DNA from: Longimicrobiales bacterium
GTDB lineage: Bacteria; Gemmatimonadota; Gemmatimonadetes; Longimicrobiales; Gaopeijiaceae
DNA length: 64,000 nucleotides
NCBI GenBank assembly: GCA_965197725.1
Contig: CBDANQ010000056.1
Span: 1 to 64,000 of the forward strand
Direction of reading: 5' to 3'
Numbering within the stretch: the first letter of the stretch is position 1; each line of letters begins with the position of its first letter. A program made the position numbers and the translations under genes. The notes under the pieces were generated by a model, which did not search any database, was not told where the DNA came from, and saw only the letters and a list, made by a program, of their open reading frames with translations. Shown in pieces: positions 51,160 through 60,500 of this stretch.

Positions 51160-52067
51160 CCGCGAAACCCGTCCGGCATCGCTTGCAGTACGGAGCCTTC
51201 AAGCTGGTCACCGCGCTCTTCTTCGTGGTGCCCGAGAGGGGCGCTATTGCGCTTGCGGCCTTCTTGGGCTGGCTGGCGGGCAGCGTGCTACGGATTCGGC
51301 GAACGGTGGTCGACGAGCATCTCGTGCTTGCGTTCCGCGACCGACCTCGCGGCTGGAGGGATCACGTGGCGCGCGCCAGCTATATGCACCTCGCTCGCGA
51401 GTGGATGGCCACGTTCCGGCTCACCCGACTGGGTCGGGACAAGATTCTCGCCCGCACGAACATGGTCGGCTTCGACGCGTTCCGGAGGGCGGTCGAGGAG
51501 GGGAAGGGCGTGGTGCTCATGACCGGACACTTGGGGAACTGGGAGTTCTGTGCGGCGGGCTTCACCGCGAGGGGTATTCCCCTGGACGCGGTCGCGAAGA
51601 GCATGGCCAATTCGGAGTTCGGCGCCGCGTTGCTCGAGGCGCGCGAGCGGATTGGGATGGGCGTCATAGACGTGGACGAGGCGCCGCGGGGGGTGCTGCG
51701 AAGTCTACGCGCGGGGCGGGTCGTAGCGATGCTGGCCGATCAGAACGCCCATCGCGGCGGAATTTTCGTGCCGTTCTTCGGGAGGCTCGCGTCGACGGCG
51801 CGGGGTCCGGCTGTCTTCGCGCTCCGCGCCGGCGCTCCGATGTTCTTGGGCATCCCACTTCGTGATCCGGGTTGGAAGCAGAAGTACACGGTCGAGCTGC
51901 GCCGTATCGACTTCCAGCCGTCCGGCCGCCTCGATGCGGACGTGCAGGCGCTGACCGCGGTACACACGGCGGCGCTGGAGCAGGCCATAGGGGAGGCTCC
52001 GGAGCAGTACTTCTGGCAGCACAAGCGCTGGAAAATGCGCCCTGAGGGGGAGCCACTGTCGGAGTGA
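51156..52067 (+). CDS. Lipid A acyltransferase (LpxL/HtrB family)
   Basis: GHLGNWE, LADQ, FVPFFGR, PEQYFWQHKRWK. Confidence 0.92.
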   Translation: MTAKPVRHRLQYGAFKLVTALFFVVPERGAIALAAFLGWLAGSVLRIRRTVVDEHLVLAFRDRPRGWRDHVARASYMHLAREWMATFRLTRLGRDKILARTNMVGFDAFRRAVEEGKGVVLMTGHLGNWEFCAAGFTARGIPLDAVAKSMANSEFGAALLEARERIGMGVIDVDEAPRGVLRSLRAGRVVAMLADQNAHRGGIFVPFFGRLASTARGPAVFALRAGAPMFLGIPLRDPGWKQKYTVELRRIDFQPSGRLDADVQALTAVHTAALEQAIGEAPEQYFWQHKRWKMRPEGEPLSE

Positions 52068-52184
52068 TGGAACTTTGGAACTCAGGAACCGCGCTGGTGC
52101 CTCCCGGTATAAGCCGTCGATCGGTGCCACGGACTCCGTGCACCTGCCGCGGCTAGGTTGATCCCTCACGGCGATTACGGGCCC

Positions 52185-52940
52185 GTGATCTACGTCTGCA
52201 TCCCAGCGCACAACGAAGCCTCGACGGTCGGCGTCCTTCTGTGGAAGGTGCGTCGCGTTATGGGCGAATTCGATCGGGACTACCGGATCGTCGTGCACGA
52301 CGATGCGTCCTCGGACGATACCCAGGCGGTGCTCGAGCGCTACAGACTGGCGGTACCGCTCACGGTCCTCGAGTCCGTCGAGCAGATCGGCTACAGCGCC
52401 TCGGTGGAGAAGCTGCTCCGTCACGTCGTGAAGGAGGCGTCCTACCCAAAGCGTGATTGTGCGGTCGTGCTGCAGGGGGACTTCACAGAAGATCCCGAGG
52501 ACATCGTGGGACTCGTAAGGGTGCTCGAGGGCGGGGCCGACATCGTCGCGGGAGCCATGGAGGAGGGTGCTTGCCCGCTGCCGCGCGCGGTCCGCCTGGT
52601 TCGCGCGTTTTCGCGCGCGCTTCTGCCCGCCGTGGTCGCGCGGGCGCCCGTGTCAGACCCTCTGAGCGGCTTGCGCGCCTACCGGGTGATCGTGCTGAAA
52701 AAGGCGCTGCGCGATCGCCCAGTGGAGGAGCCGCTCTTGGAGTCGGAGGGGTGGGCCTCGAACGTAGAGTTGCTCGGCAGGCTCGCGCCCCACGCACGCC
52801 GCATCGCTGAGTCGCCGCTCGGACTCCGCTATGACCTACGGCTACGCGAGTCGCGCTTCAGGCCTTGGAAGACCTTCATGGATCTGGCCCGCCTGCGCGG
52901 GGGAACTCTGTGGTCTTCGCTCGGCACGGAAACGGCATGA
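52185..52940 (+). CDS. GT2-family glycosyltransferase-like protein
   Basis: IYVCIPAHNEA, HDDASSDDT, QGDFT, DPLSGLRAYR. Confidence 0.85.
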   Translation: MIYVCIPAHNEASTVGVLLWKVRRVMGEFDRDYRIVVHDDASSDDTQAVLERYRLAVPLTVLESVEQIGYSASVEKLLRHVVKEASYPKRDCAVVLQGDFTEDPEDIVGLVRVLEGGADIVAGAMEEGACPLPRAVRLVRAFSRALLPAVVARAPVSDPLSGLRAYRVIVLKKALRDRPVEEPLLESEGWASNVELLGRLAPHARRIAESPLGLRYDLRLRESRFRPWKTFMDLARLRGGTLWSSLGTETA

Positions 52941-53860
52941 GTACCGTCGCGCCGCGCGGCAGGTGGGCTGTGCTCGGTGGCCTCGCACTGTCCGCACTCG
53001 TTGGTCCGGCGTCGCTGCTCTCACAAGAGCCCGAGGATGCGCGGGACTCCGCGGCGATTCTCGACAGTCTCGCCGCCCAGTACCCGACGAACGATCTCGC
53101 TGCCGCCGCCCCATTCGGGCCCGGGGAGAAGATGCTGTACCGGGTCGAGATCGGTTGGTTCGACGTTGGCGAAGGCCATATCACGGTCGAGGCGCTCGAC
53201 AGCGTGCGCGGCAACAGCACCTACCGCGCGACGATGGAGATCGACGCCGGCATGCTGGGGCTCAAGGTGCACGACATCTACACGACGTTCTTCGACGTGA
53301 GCACGCTGCAGAGCTGGCGGTTCTTGCGTGAGATGAACCAGGTGAGCTACCACGCCACGCGCCACTACGAGCTCTATCCCGAAGAGGGCATCTGGGACAA
53401 CGAGGACAAGGAAGAGGGGGAGAACGACAAGTCCGGTCCGCTCGGCTCGTCTCTCCCGCTCGACGAGATCGCCTTCATCTACTTCCTGCGCCAGATGGAG
53501 CTCGAGGTGGGCAAGACCTACACGATGTCGCGCTACTTCAAGGAAGACGGGAACCCGGTCGAAATCCGCGCGCTGCGCAAAGAACGGAAAGAGGTCGACG
53601 GTGGCGTGTTCGACTGCATCGTGGTGCAGCCGATCATCCAAACGTCCGGCTTGTTCGCCGAGGGTGGCGAGGCGGAAATCTACCTCAGCGACGACGACCG
53701 TCGGCTGATGGTGTACATGAAGAGCAACCTCCAGGGGTTTCCGGGGGCGCTGGAATTGTACCTCAAGGAGTATCACCCGGGCGTGCCGCTGAACGCCGAT
53801 TCGAGAGTGGCGGCTGCGGAGGCGAGGGAAGCCCGAGCGCAGGCCGCCGTCGGTCGGTGA
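52937..53860 (+). CDS. DUF3108-like exported protein
   Basis: Signal peptide; PFGPGEKMLY, LDEIAFIYFLR, EIYLSDDDRRL. Confidence 0.75.
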   Translation: MSTVAPRGRWAVLGGLALSALVGPASLLSQEPEDARDSAAILDSLAAQYPTNDLAAAAPFGPGEKMLYRVEIGWFDVGEGHITVEALDSVRGNSTYRATMEIDAGMLGLKVHDIYTTFFDVSTLQSWRFLREMNQVSYHATRHYELYPEEGIWDNEDKEEGENDKSGPLGSSLPLDEIAFIYFLRQMELEVGKTYTMSRYFKEDGNPVEIRALRKERKEVDGGVFDCIVVQPIIQTSGLFAEGGEAEIYLSDDDRRLMVYMKSNLQGFPGALELYLKEYHPGVPLNADSRVAAAEAREARAQAAVGR

Positions 53861-53939
53861 CGGGAGAGCCAGGTCGAGGCTCGATTCATCTCCGCGGCAG
53901 GTCGTTTTGGCCGTCGACAGTGGCCCTGGTCCGATGGGG

Positions 53940-54476
53940 ATGAGACGGATCCGGACCAAGATGGTCTGGCTGCTCGTCCTCCCGTTTCTCTGGTTTGCGC
54001 AGCCCACGACAGGACGGCTCGCGGTTGGCGCCGCGCTTGCCGCGGTGGGCCTGTTGATCCGCGGCTGGGCCGCGGGAACCATCCGCAAGGACGAGGACCT
54101 TACGACATCGGGACCGTACGCATATACACGGAATCCGCTGTACGTCGGCAGCTTTTTCGTCGGGCTCGGTGTGACGCTCGCTGGGGGGCACTGGATCTGG
54201 CCCGCGCTCTTCTTTGCCTTCTATCTCGGCGCGTACCGGCGCACGATGTCCGGAGAGACCGAGCTGCTCACCGAGCTCTTCGGTGATCGCTTCGTGCACT
54301 ACGCCGAGAATGTGCCGGCGCTGCTGCCTAGGCTGACCCGGTATCGACCGGATCAGCTCGACGTTGAGGGCGGGTTCCGCGTGAGCCGGTACAAGCGCAA
54401 CAACGAATGGGAAGCTCTGCTCGGCGCCGGCGCCGCTCTCGCGTTTCTCGCGACGAAACGCATGTGGTTCGGCTGA
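53940..54476 (+). CDS. Isoprenylcysteine carboxyl methyltransferase (ICMT/PEMT)-family membrane protein
   Basis: IRGWAAG, LTTSGPYAYTRNPLYVGS, E..L...FG..F..Y...VP. Confidence 0.88.
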   Translation: MRRIRTKMVWLLVLPFLWFAQPTTGRLAVGAALAAVGLLIRGWAAGTIRKDEDLTTSGPYAYTRNPLYVGSFFVGLGVTLAGGHWIWPALFFAFYLGAYRRTMSGETELLTELFGDRFVHYAENVPALLPRLTRYRPDQLDVEGGFRVSRYKRNNEWEALLGAGAALAFLATKRMWFG

Positions 54477-54483
54477 GCTGCCG

Positions 54484-55536
54484 CTACACCCGTACGTATC
54501 GCTCCATCGCTAGCGACACTTTCTCCAACACGGCATCTACAGTGATGCGTTCCATGCCGTCCCGATACGTCGACATGATGGGGTATTGCTCACCAGGATA
54601 CTCGGCGTACCCGTCCACTATCAGATCCTCGAAGGCGCCATACGGTCCCGAGCGCTTCGGGTTCGTGTAGCCGTACAGCCCAACGACCGGCGTGTCGAGC
54701 GCGCGGCCGATGTGCAGTGGCCCGGTATCCGGGCTGACGAGCAGCGCGCTGCCCTCGAGGATCCACACGAGCTTTCTGAGATCGTCGCCGAGTGCGTCGA
54801 CGACGCTCGCACCGGTCGCCCGGAGCACCTCGTCGGCCATGTGCCGCTCCACCGGTGAGGGTCCGCCGACGATGACCGGCCGCAGGCCGTGCTCGCTCTC
54901 GATCCGCTCCAGCATGCGTGCATAACCGTCGGCGCTCCAGTTCTTCTCGAGCTTGCTCGTGCCCAGCACCACCGCGCAGGCCGGACGGTCGAGCTCGGTG
55001 AAGAAGTCGGTCTGTGCCGCGCGCTCCTCCCCGGAAAGGCGGAGGTCCCACTCCAACGGCTCGGGGTCGACACCCAAGTACTCCAAGAACTCGAAGTACT
55101 GATCCTGAACGTGGCGTTGGCCCCTGGCAGGGATGCGCCGGTCCGTGAAGAGCCACTGCGCGTCCCGCGCGCGCGCGCGGTCAAAACCGAGCTTAACGTC
55201 AGCGCTCGCGATCGCCGCGATCACGCCCGCCTTGAAGTAAACCTGCAGGCCGATGAGCAGATCGAAGTGGCGTCCGGCCATCGCGCGCCGGAGGTCGAGG
55301 AAGGCTCTCAACCCTTCCATACCGCGTCGGCGGCGGAAGATGACGAAGTCGTCGATCGCCGCATGGCCCTGAACGAGTTGGTGCGGAACCGGCTGAATCA
55401 CCCACGTGATGCGGCACTCGGGACACGCACGCTTGAGGGCGTTCGCGACCGGCAGCACGCGTACCGCGTCGCCGAGCGCCGAGAGCATCACGATGCACAC
55501 CTCGCGAGGTGGCGGCCCCGACCAGGCAGAAGTCAC
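54484..55536 (-). CDS. GT9 LPS heptosyltransferase (WaaC/OpsX-like)
   Basis: LSALGDAV, KNWS, SPDTGPLHI, GLYGYTNP. Confidence 0.92.
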   Translation of the reverse strand: MTSAWSGPPPREVCIVMLSALGDAVRVLPVANALKRACPECRITWVIQPVPHQLVQGHAAIDDFVIFRRRRGMEGLRAFLDLRRAMAGRHFDLLIGLQVYFKAGVIAAIASADVKLGFDRARARDAQWLFTDRRIPARGQRHVQDQYFEFLEYLGVDPEPLEWDLRLSGEERAAQTDFFTELDRPACAVVLGTSKLEKNWSADGYARMLERIESEHGLRPVIVGGPSPVERHMADEVLRATGASVVDALGDDLRKLVWILEGSALLVSPDTGPLHIGRALDTPVVGLYGYTNPKRSGPYGAFEDLIVDGYAEYPGEQYPIMSTYRDGMERITVDAVLEKVSLAMERYVRV

Positions 55537-56312
55537 GAACTCTCCCCGAAGCCGTCACGAAGCGCTCGCCAACATCCATCCGATAGTTCGACGGCGTGCC
55601 GATCAGCGAGCCTTCGCAGGGATCGCTCGAGCCGCTCACGCATGAAGTCGTGGGGGCCGGGCGCCGCCTGTGGCAGGATGTTGCAGCGATCCAGGTCGAT
55701 CACATGCGCCTCAGTCTCTCCGAGGTGAACGCGAAGGAGGATGTTGCCGGCGTTGACGTCCGGATGCAGGACGCGCGTGTCCTCCAGCTTGCGGACGACC
55801 TTCCCCGCAATGTGGAGGGCCGTCTCGACATCGAGCTGGCTATCTCTGTTCCCGAAGAGGAGGTCTCGGAGACTTTTCGCGTCCGGGATGAATTCGGTCG
55901 CCAGGTCGGCTCGATAGAACATGCCGGCGGAATAGGTAGCCCCGGCCACGACCGCCGGGGTCGGAACTCCCCGTTTCCGGGCTTCCGCGCTCGCTTTCAG
56001 CTCGCGGATCGGACGGCTGTCCCCCGCGGCTAGATATCGGTCGTCCAGGTACCGTGCCACCGCCCCGCCCCTACGGTAGTGGCGCACCGCCCAGTGGTCC
56101 CGGCGGTCGGGGCCGGGCGTGGGGGCCGGAACCGCGTGGACCGTGCCGCGGCCGGTGAAGGACACTACGTGGTCATGTCCAGCTGCCCACCCGTGCAGAG
56201 TGTTCCCCCCTGCGAGGGTCGCCGCGAGCCAGTCCGCACCCGCAGACCACACGAAGCCCTCCGAGTCGATGCCGGAGCGGGCCTCGTATCCCTCCGCGCC
56301 ACGGAGGGTCAC
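55533..56312 (-). CDS. kdkA: Kdo kinase (KdkA-like)
   Basis: VRHYRRGG, YRADL, HPDVNAGNILL, IDLDR, RLERSL. Confidence 0.8.
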   Translation of the reverse strand: MTLRGAEGYEARSGIDSEGFVWSAGADWLAATLAGGNTLHGWAAGHDHVVSFTGRGTVHAVPAPTPGPDRRDHWAVRHYRRGGAVARYLDDRYLAAGDSRPIRELKASAEARKRGVPTPAVVAGATYSAGMFYRADLATEFIPDAKSLRDLLFGNRDSQLDVETALHIAGKVVRKLEDTRVLHPDVNAGNILLRVHLGETEAHVIDLDRCNILPQAAPGPHDFMRERLERSLRRLADRHAVELSDGCWRALRDGFGESS

Positions 56313-56728
56313 GCCTCCGCGGCCTCGGCGGAAACCTCGATGAGGAAGATCCCAGGGCCCTGGAGCGTCTGTCCCTTCACCTTGACGCGGAACGTGTACT
56401 GTCCGGTATGCGGAAAGACGACGTCCTCCAGGGGCATGATGAGTTGGCTTCGCGGCGGCGGGTGGCCTGGCGCCTGCGCCTGTACCTCGGTCTCGCCTTC
56501 GACCGTGAGTGAGACGTTGCCCTCGTCGTCCTCCAGGTCTGCCTTGAACAGATACCGGCCCTGGTCGGCCTTATCCCATTCGAGCACGAGCACGAGGACC
56601 AACTGGTCCTGCTGAGCCGGAAAGCCTGGCGCGGAGAGGTCGCTGTAGACGCCGCGCAAGTCGATCTTCCCCTCAGGGGTCGTACGCGCGTCGTCGCAGA
56701 TCGCGGCAAAACGGATTTGAGCGCTCAT
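56309..56728 (-). CDS. Conserved hypothetical beta-sandwich protein (DUF6941-like)
   Basis: AICDDAR...GKIDLRGVY...FP...FPHTGQY. Confidence 0.7.
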   Translation of the reverse strand: MSAQIRFAAICDDARTTPEGKIDLRGVYSDLSAPGFPAQQDQLVLVLVLEWDKADQGRYLFKADLEDDEGNVSLTVEGETEVQAQAPGHPPPRSQLIMPLEDVVFPHTGQYTFRVKVKGQTLQGPGIFLIEVSAEAAEA

Positions 56729-58362
56729 GATCCAGAGGACTCTTCAGGAGCGACGCCCCACCCCCCCCCGCCAGGCGACCGGATACTGATCACATCGCCC
56801 GCGCTGACTGAGAATGTCGCTTTTCCGGGAAGGCGCTCCTCCACCCCGTCACGGATGAGGACGTTCTCGCCTGGCACGCCGTCTTCACCCCCGTAAGCGC
56901 CGGCCGGACCGACGGTCCGTCGTTCGCACAGGAGCGCCACGCGCGCTGGGCCCAGCAGCATGAGGTCGCGCCTCAGGCCGTCCCCACCTCGGTGGAGCCC
57001 CGCCCCGCCCGAGCCCCTCCGGATGCCGTATTGGGTCACGCGGTAGGGATATGCGTGCTCGAGCGCCTCGATGGGCGTGTTGAGCGAGTTGGACATATGG
57101 CAGTGCACTCCGGAGAGGCCGGCCCCCGTCGGGCCCGCGCCCATGCCTCCACCCACCGTTTCGTAGTATGCGAAGGCTTCACCGGTGCGGGGGTCGACGC
57201 CACCCACGGTGGTGTTGTTCATCGTGCCTTGAGACAGCGCCGGCATGTGCTCGGGAAGCACGAGCCCGAAGGCCCGCATGAGCACGTCAGTGATGCGCTG
57301 ACTCGTCTCGACGTTGCCAGCTGCGACCGATGCCGGTGGCAGCGCGTTTACGAGGGAAGCTTCGGGCAGCTCCATCGTGACCGCGGACATCGAGCCGCCA
57401 CCCGCCGGGAGCGGCTCACCGAGCAACGCCTCGACGACGCACCGGACGACATAGCGGGCGGCCGAAGAGGTGATCGCGGCGACCGCGTTGATGCCGCCGG
57501 GCACCTGGGGTGACGTCCCGGTGAAGTCGATGTCGAGCCTAGGGCCTTGGACGGTCAGCACGGCCTTGATCGGGACCGGTCCCGAGCCGAAGCCGTCATC
57601 TTCCATGAAGTCCTCGGCCTCGTACCGCCCATCGGGAATCTTCTCGAGCCCGGCCTCGACCAGGCGATCGGCATACTCAATGAGCGCGTCCATGGCGGCG
57701 AGGGTTTCGTCGACCCCGCGCCGGTGCGCGATCTCGAGCAGCCGGGTCGAACCCGCGTGCAGCGCGCCGAGCTGAGCGTCGAGGTCCCCAGCGCGCTCCA
57801 CGGGCGTGCGTACATTGGCGAGCACCGTCTTCCTGAGGTCGTCGTTCAAGACACCCGCGCGGTACAGTCTCACCGGAGGGATGCGAATGCCCTCCTCGAA
57901 GATCTCCCTCGCGAGTGGCATCGAGCCCGGTGTGGAGCCACCGACGTCACTGTGATGCGCGCGCGAGGCGACGTAACCGAGCAGGCGGGCCTGGGGGCCG
58001 TGGACCGCGGAGATGAGCGTGATATCGGGCAGGTGCGTCCCGCCCCGGAACGGATCGTTGACACATACCACGTCGCCCGGGTCCAGGCCCCCGAGCTCCT
58101 CGAGGGCCGCCTCGACGCTCATCGGCATCGCACCGAGGTGCACCGGCATGTGGTCGCCCACCGAGACCGCGGACCCGGCCGGATTGAAGAGCGCGCACGA
58201 GTAATCCTGGCGCTCTTTGATGTTCGGCGAGAACGAGGCGCGTTTCAGGGCGGCGCCCATTTCTTCCGCCAAGGCAGTGAAGAGATGGCGGAAGACTTCG
58301 AGTTCGACCGCGTCGGACGCCGAGCGTGTGAACACGTGTAATAGCCTGGGTTTGGTCGTCAA
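56725..58362 (-). CDS. Hydantoinase B / 5-oxoprolinase beta subunit
   Basis: AEEMG, SPNIKERQDYSCA, PVHLG, NDPFRGGTHLPD, HHSDVGG, SPGGGGWG. Confidence 0.93.
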   Translation of the reverse strand: MTTKPRLLHVFTRSASDAVELEVFRHLFTALAEEMGAALKRASFSPNIKERQDYSCALFNPAGSAVSVGDHMPVHLGAMPMSVEAALEELGGLDPGDVVCVNDPFRGGTHLPDITLISAVHGPQARLLGYVASRAHHSDVGGSTPGSMPLAREIFEEGIRIPPVRLYRAGVLNDDLRKTVLANVRTPVERAGDLDAQLGALHAGSTRLLEIAHRRGVDETLAAMDALIEYADRLVEAGLEKIPDGRYEAEDFMEDDGFGSGPVPIKAVLTVQGPRLDIDFTGTSPQVPGGINAVAAITSSAARYVVRCVVEALLGEPLPAGGGSMSAVTMELPEASLVNALPPASVAAGNVETSQRITDVLMRAFGLVLPEHMPALSQGTMNNTTVGGVDPRTGEAFAYYETVGGGMGAGPTGAGLSGVHCHMSNSLNTPIEALEHAYPYRVTQYGIRRGSGGAGLHRGGDGLRRDLMLLGPARVALLCERRTVGPAGAYGGEDGVPGENVLIRDGVEERLPGKATFSVSAGDVISIRSPGGGGWGVAPEESSGS

Positions 58363-58466
58363 GGTGAGCGTGGTTACGTTATAAGGCTAATGAAGAAACC
58401 TAGCGAATGAAGGCCACAAAACGGCGCGCGGAATACGCGCTCATGAAACGATAAGCGGAGGCTGGT

Positions 58467-58727
58467 TTGGCAAAGGAGAAACTCATGGAACGGGCACGCG
58501 ACGAGCTGTTTAGCCACATCAACCGTTGCGGCGTCCTGCAGGCCGAAGATGACGACAAGAAACATTGGATGGATGAGACCATCGACTACATCAGCGAGCG
58601 TTACCCCGATCTGACCGATGGCGATTTGACGGGTCTCCGCGAGATCGGAATCCGATTCTGCCAGCCAGCCATCGCGCATGGCGCCGGCAGTGCTTCGAAA
58701 AAGCTGGACGACGCAACCGTGGTATAA
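58467..58727 (+). CDS. Small acidic helical hypothetical protein
   Basis: 86-aa ORF with RBS GGAGG, followed by a strong terminator. Confidence 0.75.
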   Translation: MAKEKLMERARDELFSHINRCGVLQAEDDDKKHWMDETIDYISERYPDLTDGDLTGLREIGIRFCQPAIAHGAGSASKKLDDATVV

Positions 58728-58750
58728 CGCCGGTTCGCGAACTTCATGTA

Positions 58751-58792
58751 GGGGCGCGGGGAGCCTACGGGGCCTCCCGTGCCCCCTTTTTT
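58751..58792 (+). terminator. Rho-independent terminator
   Basis: GC-rich stem with a TACG loop (GGGGCGCGGGGAGCC...GGCCTCCCGTGCCCC) followed by TTTTTT. Confidence 0.85.
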
Positions 58793-58982
58793 GGGGAGCC
58801 TCTGACCTTCAATACGTTCGTGCTCGCCCGCGACCGGGAACCCTCCAAAAACCTGGCCTTCTTGGGTGGCGAGGAGTTGGCTTCCCGCATATACTTCCGC
58901 CCGCTCGTCGCTGGATTTCCCGATGAGGGCGCCTTGGGCACTAGGGGCACGAGGACTTCGCTTAACTCTTCGAGCTGGCCTA

Positions 58983-59321
58983 ATGGTTGATGCGTTGCCG
59001 ATAGACGACCAGAAGCAGGTGCTGAAACAGTACTATGCCGGCACCCAGATGGATTCCCCGAACGGGGGCTTCCTCATGCTACTCGGAATCCGACCTGGCC
59101 AGGCTGGCACCGCAGTGGGCTTGCTGGAGTGCAGCGTGTCGTCGCTCCGCTACCAAATCGTGATCCCCAAGGCCACGAGGGCTGAGCGCAAGAAGATCAA
59201 GAACGCACTGGATGCCGGCGACGATCCCGACTGTCCGCGCCATGGCCCTGGTACGCGCCTCGTCAGGGCAGGGAAGAACTTCGTCTGCAACTCCTGCGGA
59301 GTGGCTTACGCCCGCGTATAG
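58983..59321 (+). CDS. Hypothetical protein with C-terminal zinc-finger-like CPRH...CNSC
   Basis: 112-aa ORF. Confidence 0.75.
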   Translation: MVDALPIDDQKQVLKQYYAGTQMDSPNGGFLMLLGIRPGQAGTAVGLLECSVSSLRYQIVIPKATRAERKKIKNALDAGDDPDCPRHGPGTRLVRAGKNFVCNSCGVAYARV

Positions 59322-59387
59322 CCATTAGATTGCCCTAGAGATCTCTCATTCGCGTCGACCTGCGGCGGTCGGCAAGGAGCTTCCTAC

Positions 59388-60500
59388 ATGCCCGACCGAT
59401 TCCTCAGTTCAGAGGAATACGACGAGCAGGCGCACAAGCTCTACAACGACGGTGACTATGACGGGGCCCTCGAGATGCTAAAAGAGGGCCTCTCATTATA
59501 TCCCACCGCCGTAGAGCTGTACGTCGGCCTGGGATATGCACGATTGGCAAGAGAGGAGTACGCTTGGGCTCGGAAGGCCTTCGAGCAGGCGGTCGTCTTG
59601 GATGGCGCCCACGAAGATGCCTTGGTCGGCCTCGGCGAAACCTTGCTCCGTTTCGGTGAGCAAGAGCACGCGCTGAGGCTCTTCGATGAAGTCGCCGCCA
59701 TGGGGTACAATGACGACATCGAGCTCATGCTCACGATGGGGCGTGCGCTGTACCGCGAGGCGCTCTATGCCCAGTGCCGGGATGTCTTCGCGAAGGCCGC
59801 CGCGGCCCGACCCGATAGCGCGGACCCCGCCGCCTCGCTCGGCTATGCGCTGCATCGCCTCGGCGACGATGTCGGCGCGGGTCGCCAGATTCGGAGGGCG
59901 CTACGCCTCGACCCCGACCTGCACGAGGCGCGGGTCTATCTCGGTCACCTCTTGTACGATCGGGGGGACTGGGAAGGCGCGCTGCGCGAGCTCGAGCGTG
60001 TGCCCCCGCACGAGCACTGGGACGCGTTGGCCGTGTGGAGGCTCTTGGAGCTGAAGCGCGCGCTGTGGCATCTGGACGCGGGTGACCCGCGGCTGTCGCC
60101 TTGGGAGCTGCGTCTTCGGGAGCTCGAAGATCTCGACGACCCGATCGATCGGCTCTTGGCCGAGGTCGAGTCACGGATGCGAGGCGCGCAGCCCGGTGCC
60201 TACTTCGATCCCAGCCAGCTGGAACTCTTCGAGCGCAGCCAGTCGGGAGAGTCGGAGGGCCGACACGTCGTGCGGCTCACGGACGGACACCAGATGCGTG
60301 GGACCTGGTATGAAATTGTTCGACAGATGAGAGACCAGGCGGGTTTTTCGCATGAGACGATTGCGCACTACATGCGTCGACTCGCGGAGCGCTGGCATGA
60401 GCAGAGTGGTGTGGAGATCCCGTTCGCCGACCCCGAGTCGTTCCTGAGAGCCGCCGTCGAGGCGGGCTTGGTGCGGCTGGAGGTCGAATCGGAGGAGTGA
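59388..60500 (+). CDS. TPR protein with an unassigned C-terminal domain
   Basis: About 6 TPR repeats, an acidic linker, then a 75-aa domain ending PESFLRAAVEAGLVRLE. Confidence 0.85.
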   Translation: MPDRFLSSEEYDEQAHKLYNDGDYDGALEMLKEGLSLYPTAVELYVGLGYARLAREEYAWARKAFEQAVVLDGAHEDALVGLGETLLRFGEQEHALRLFDEVAAMGYNDDIELMLTMGRALYREALYAQCRDVFAKAAAARPDSADPAASLGYALHRLGDDVGAGRQIRRALRLDPDLHEARVYLGHLLYDRGDWEGALRELERVPPHEHWDALAVWRLLELKRALWHLDAGDPRLSPWELRLRELEDLDDPIDRLLAEVESRMRGAQPGAYFDPSQLELFERSQSGESEGRHVVRLTDGHQMRGTWYEIVRQMRDQAGFSHETIAHYMRRLAERWHEQSGVEIPFADPESFLRAAVEAGLVRLEVESEE

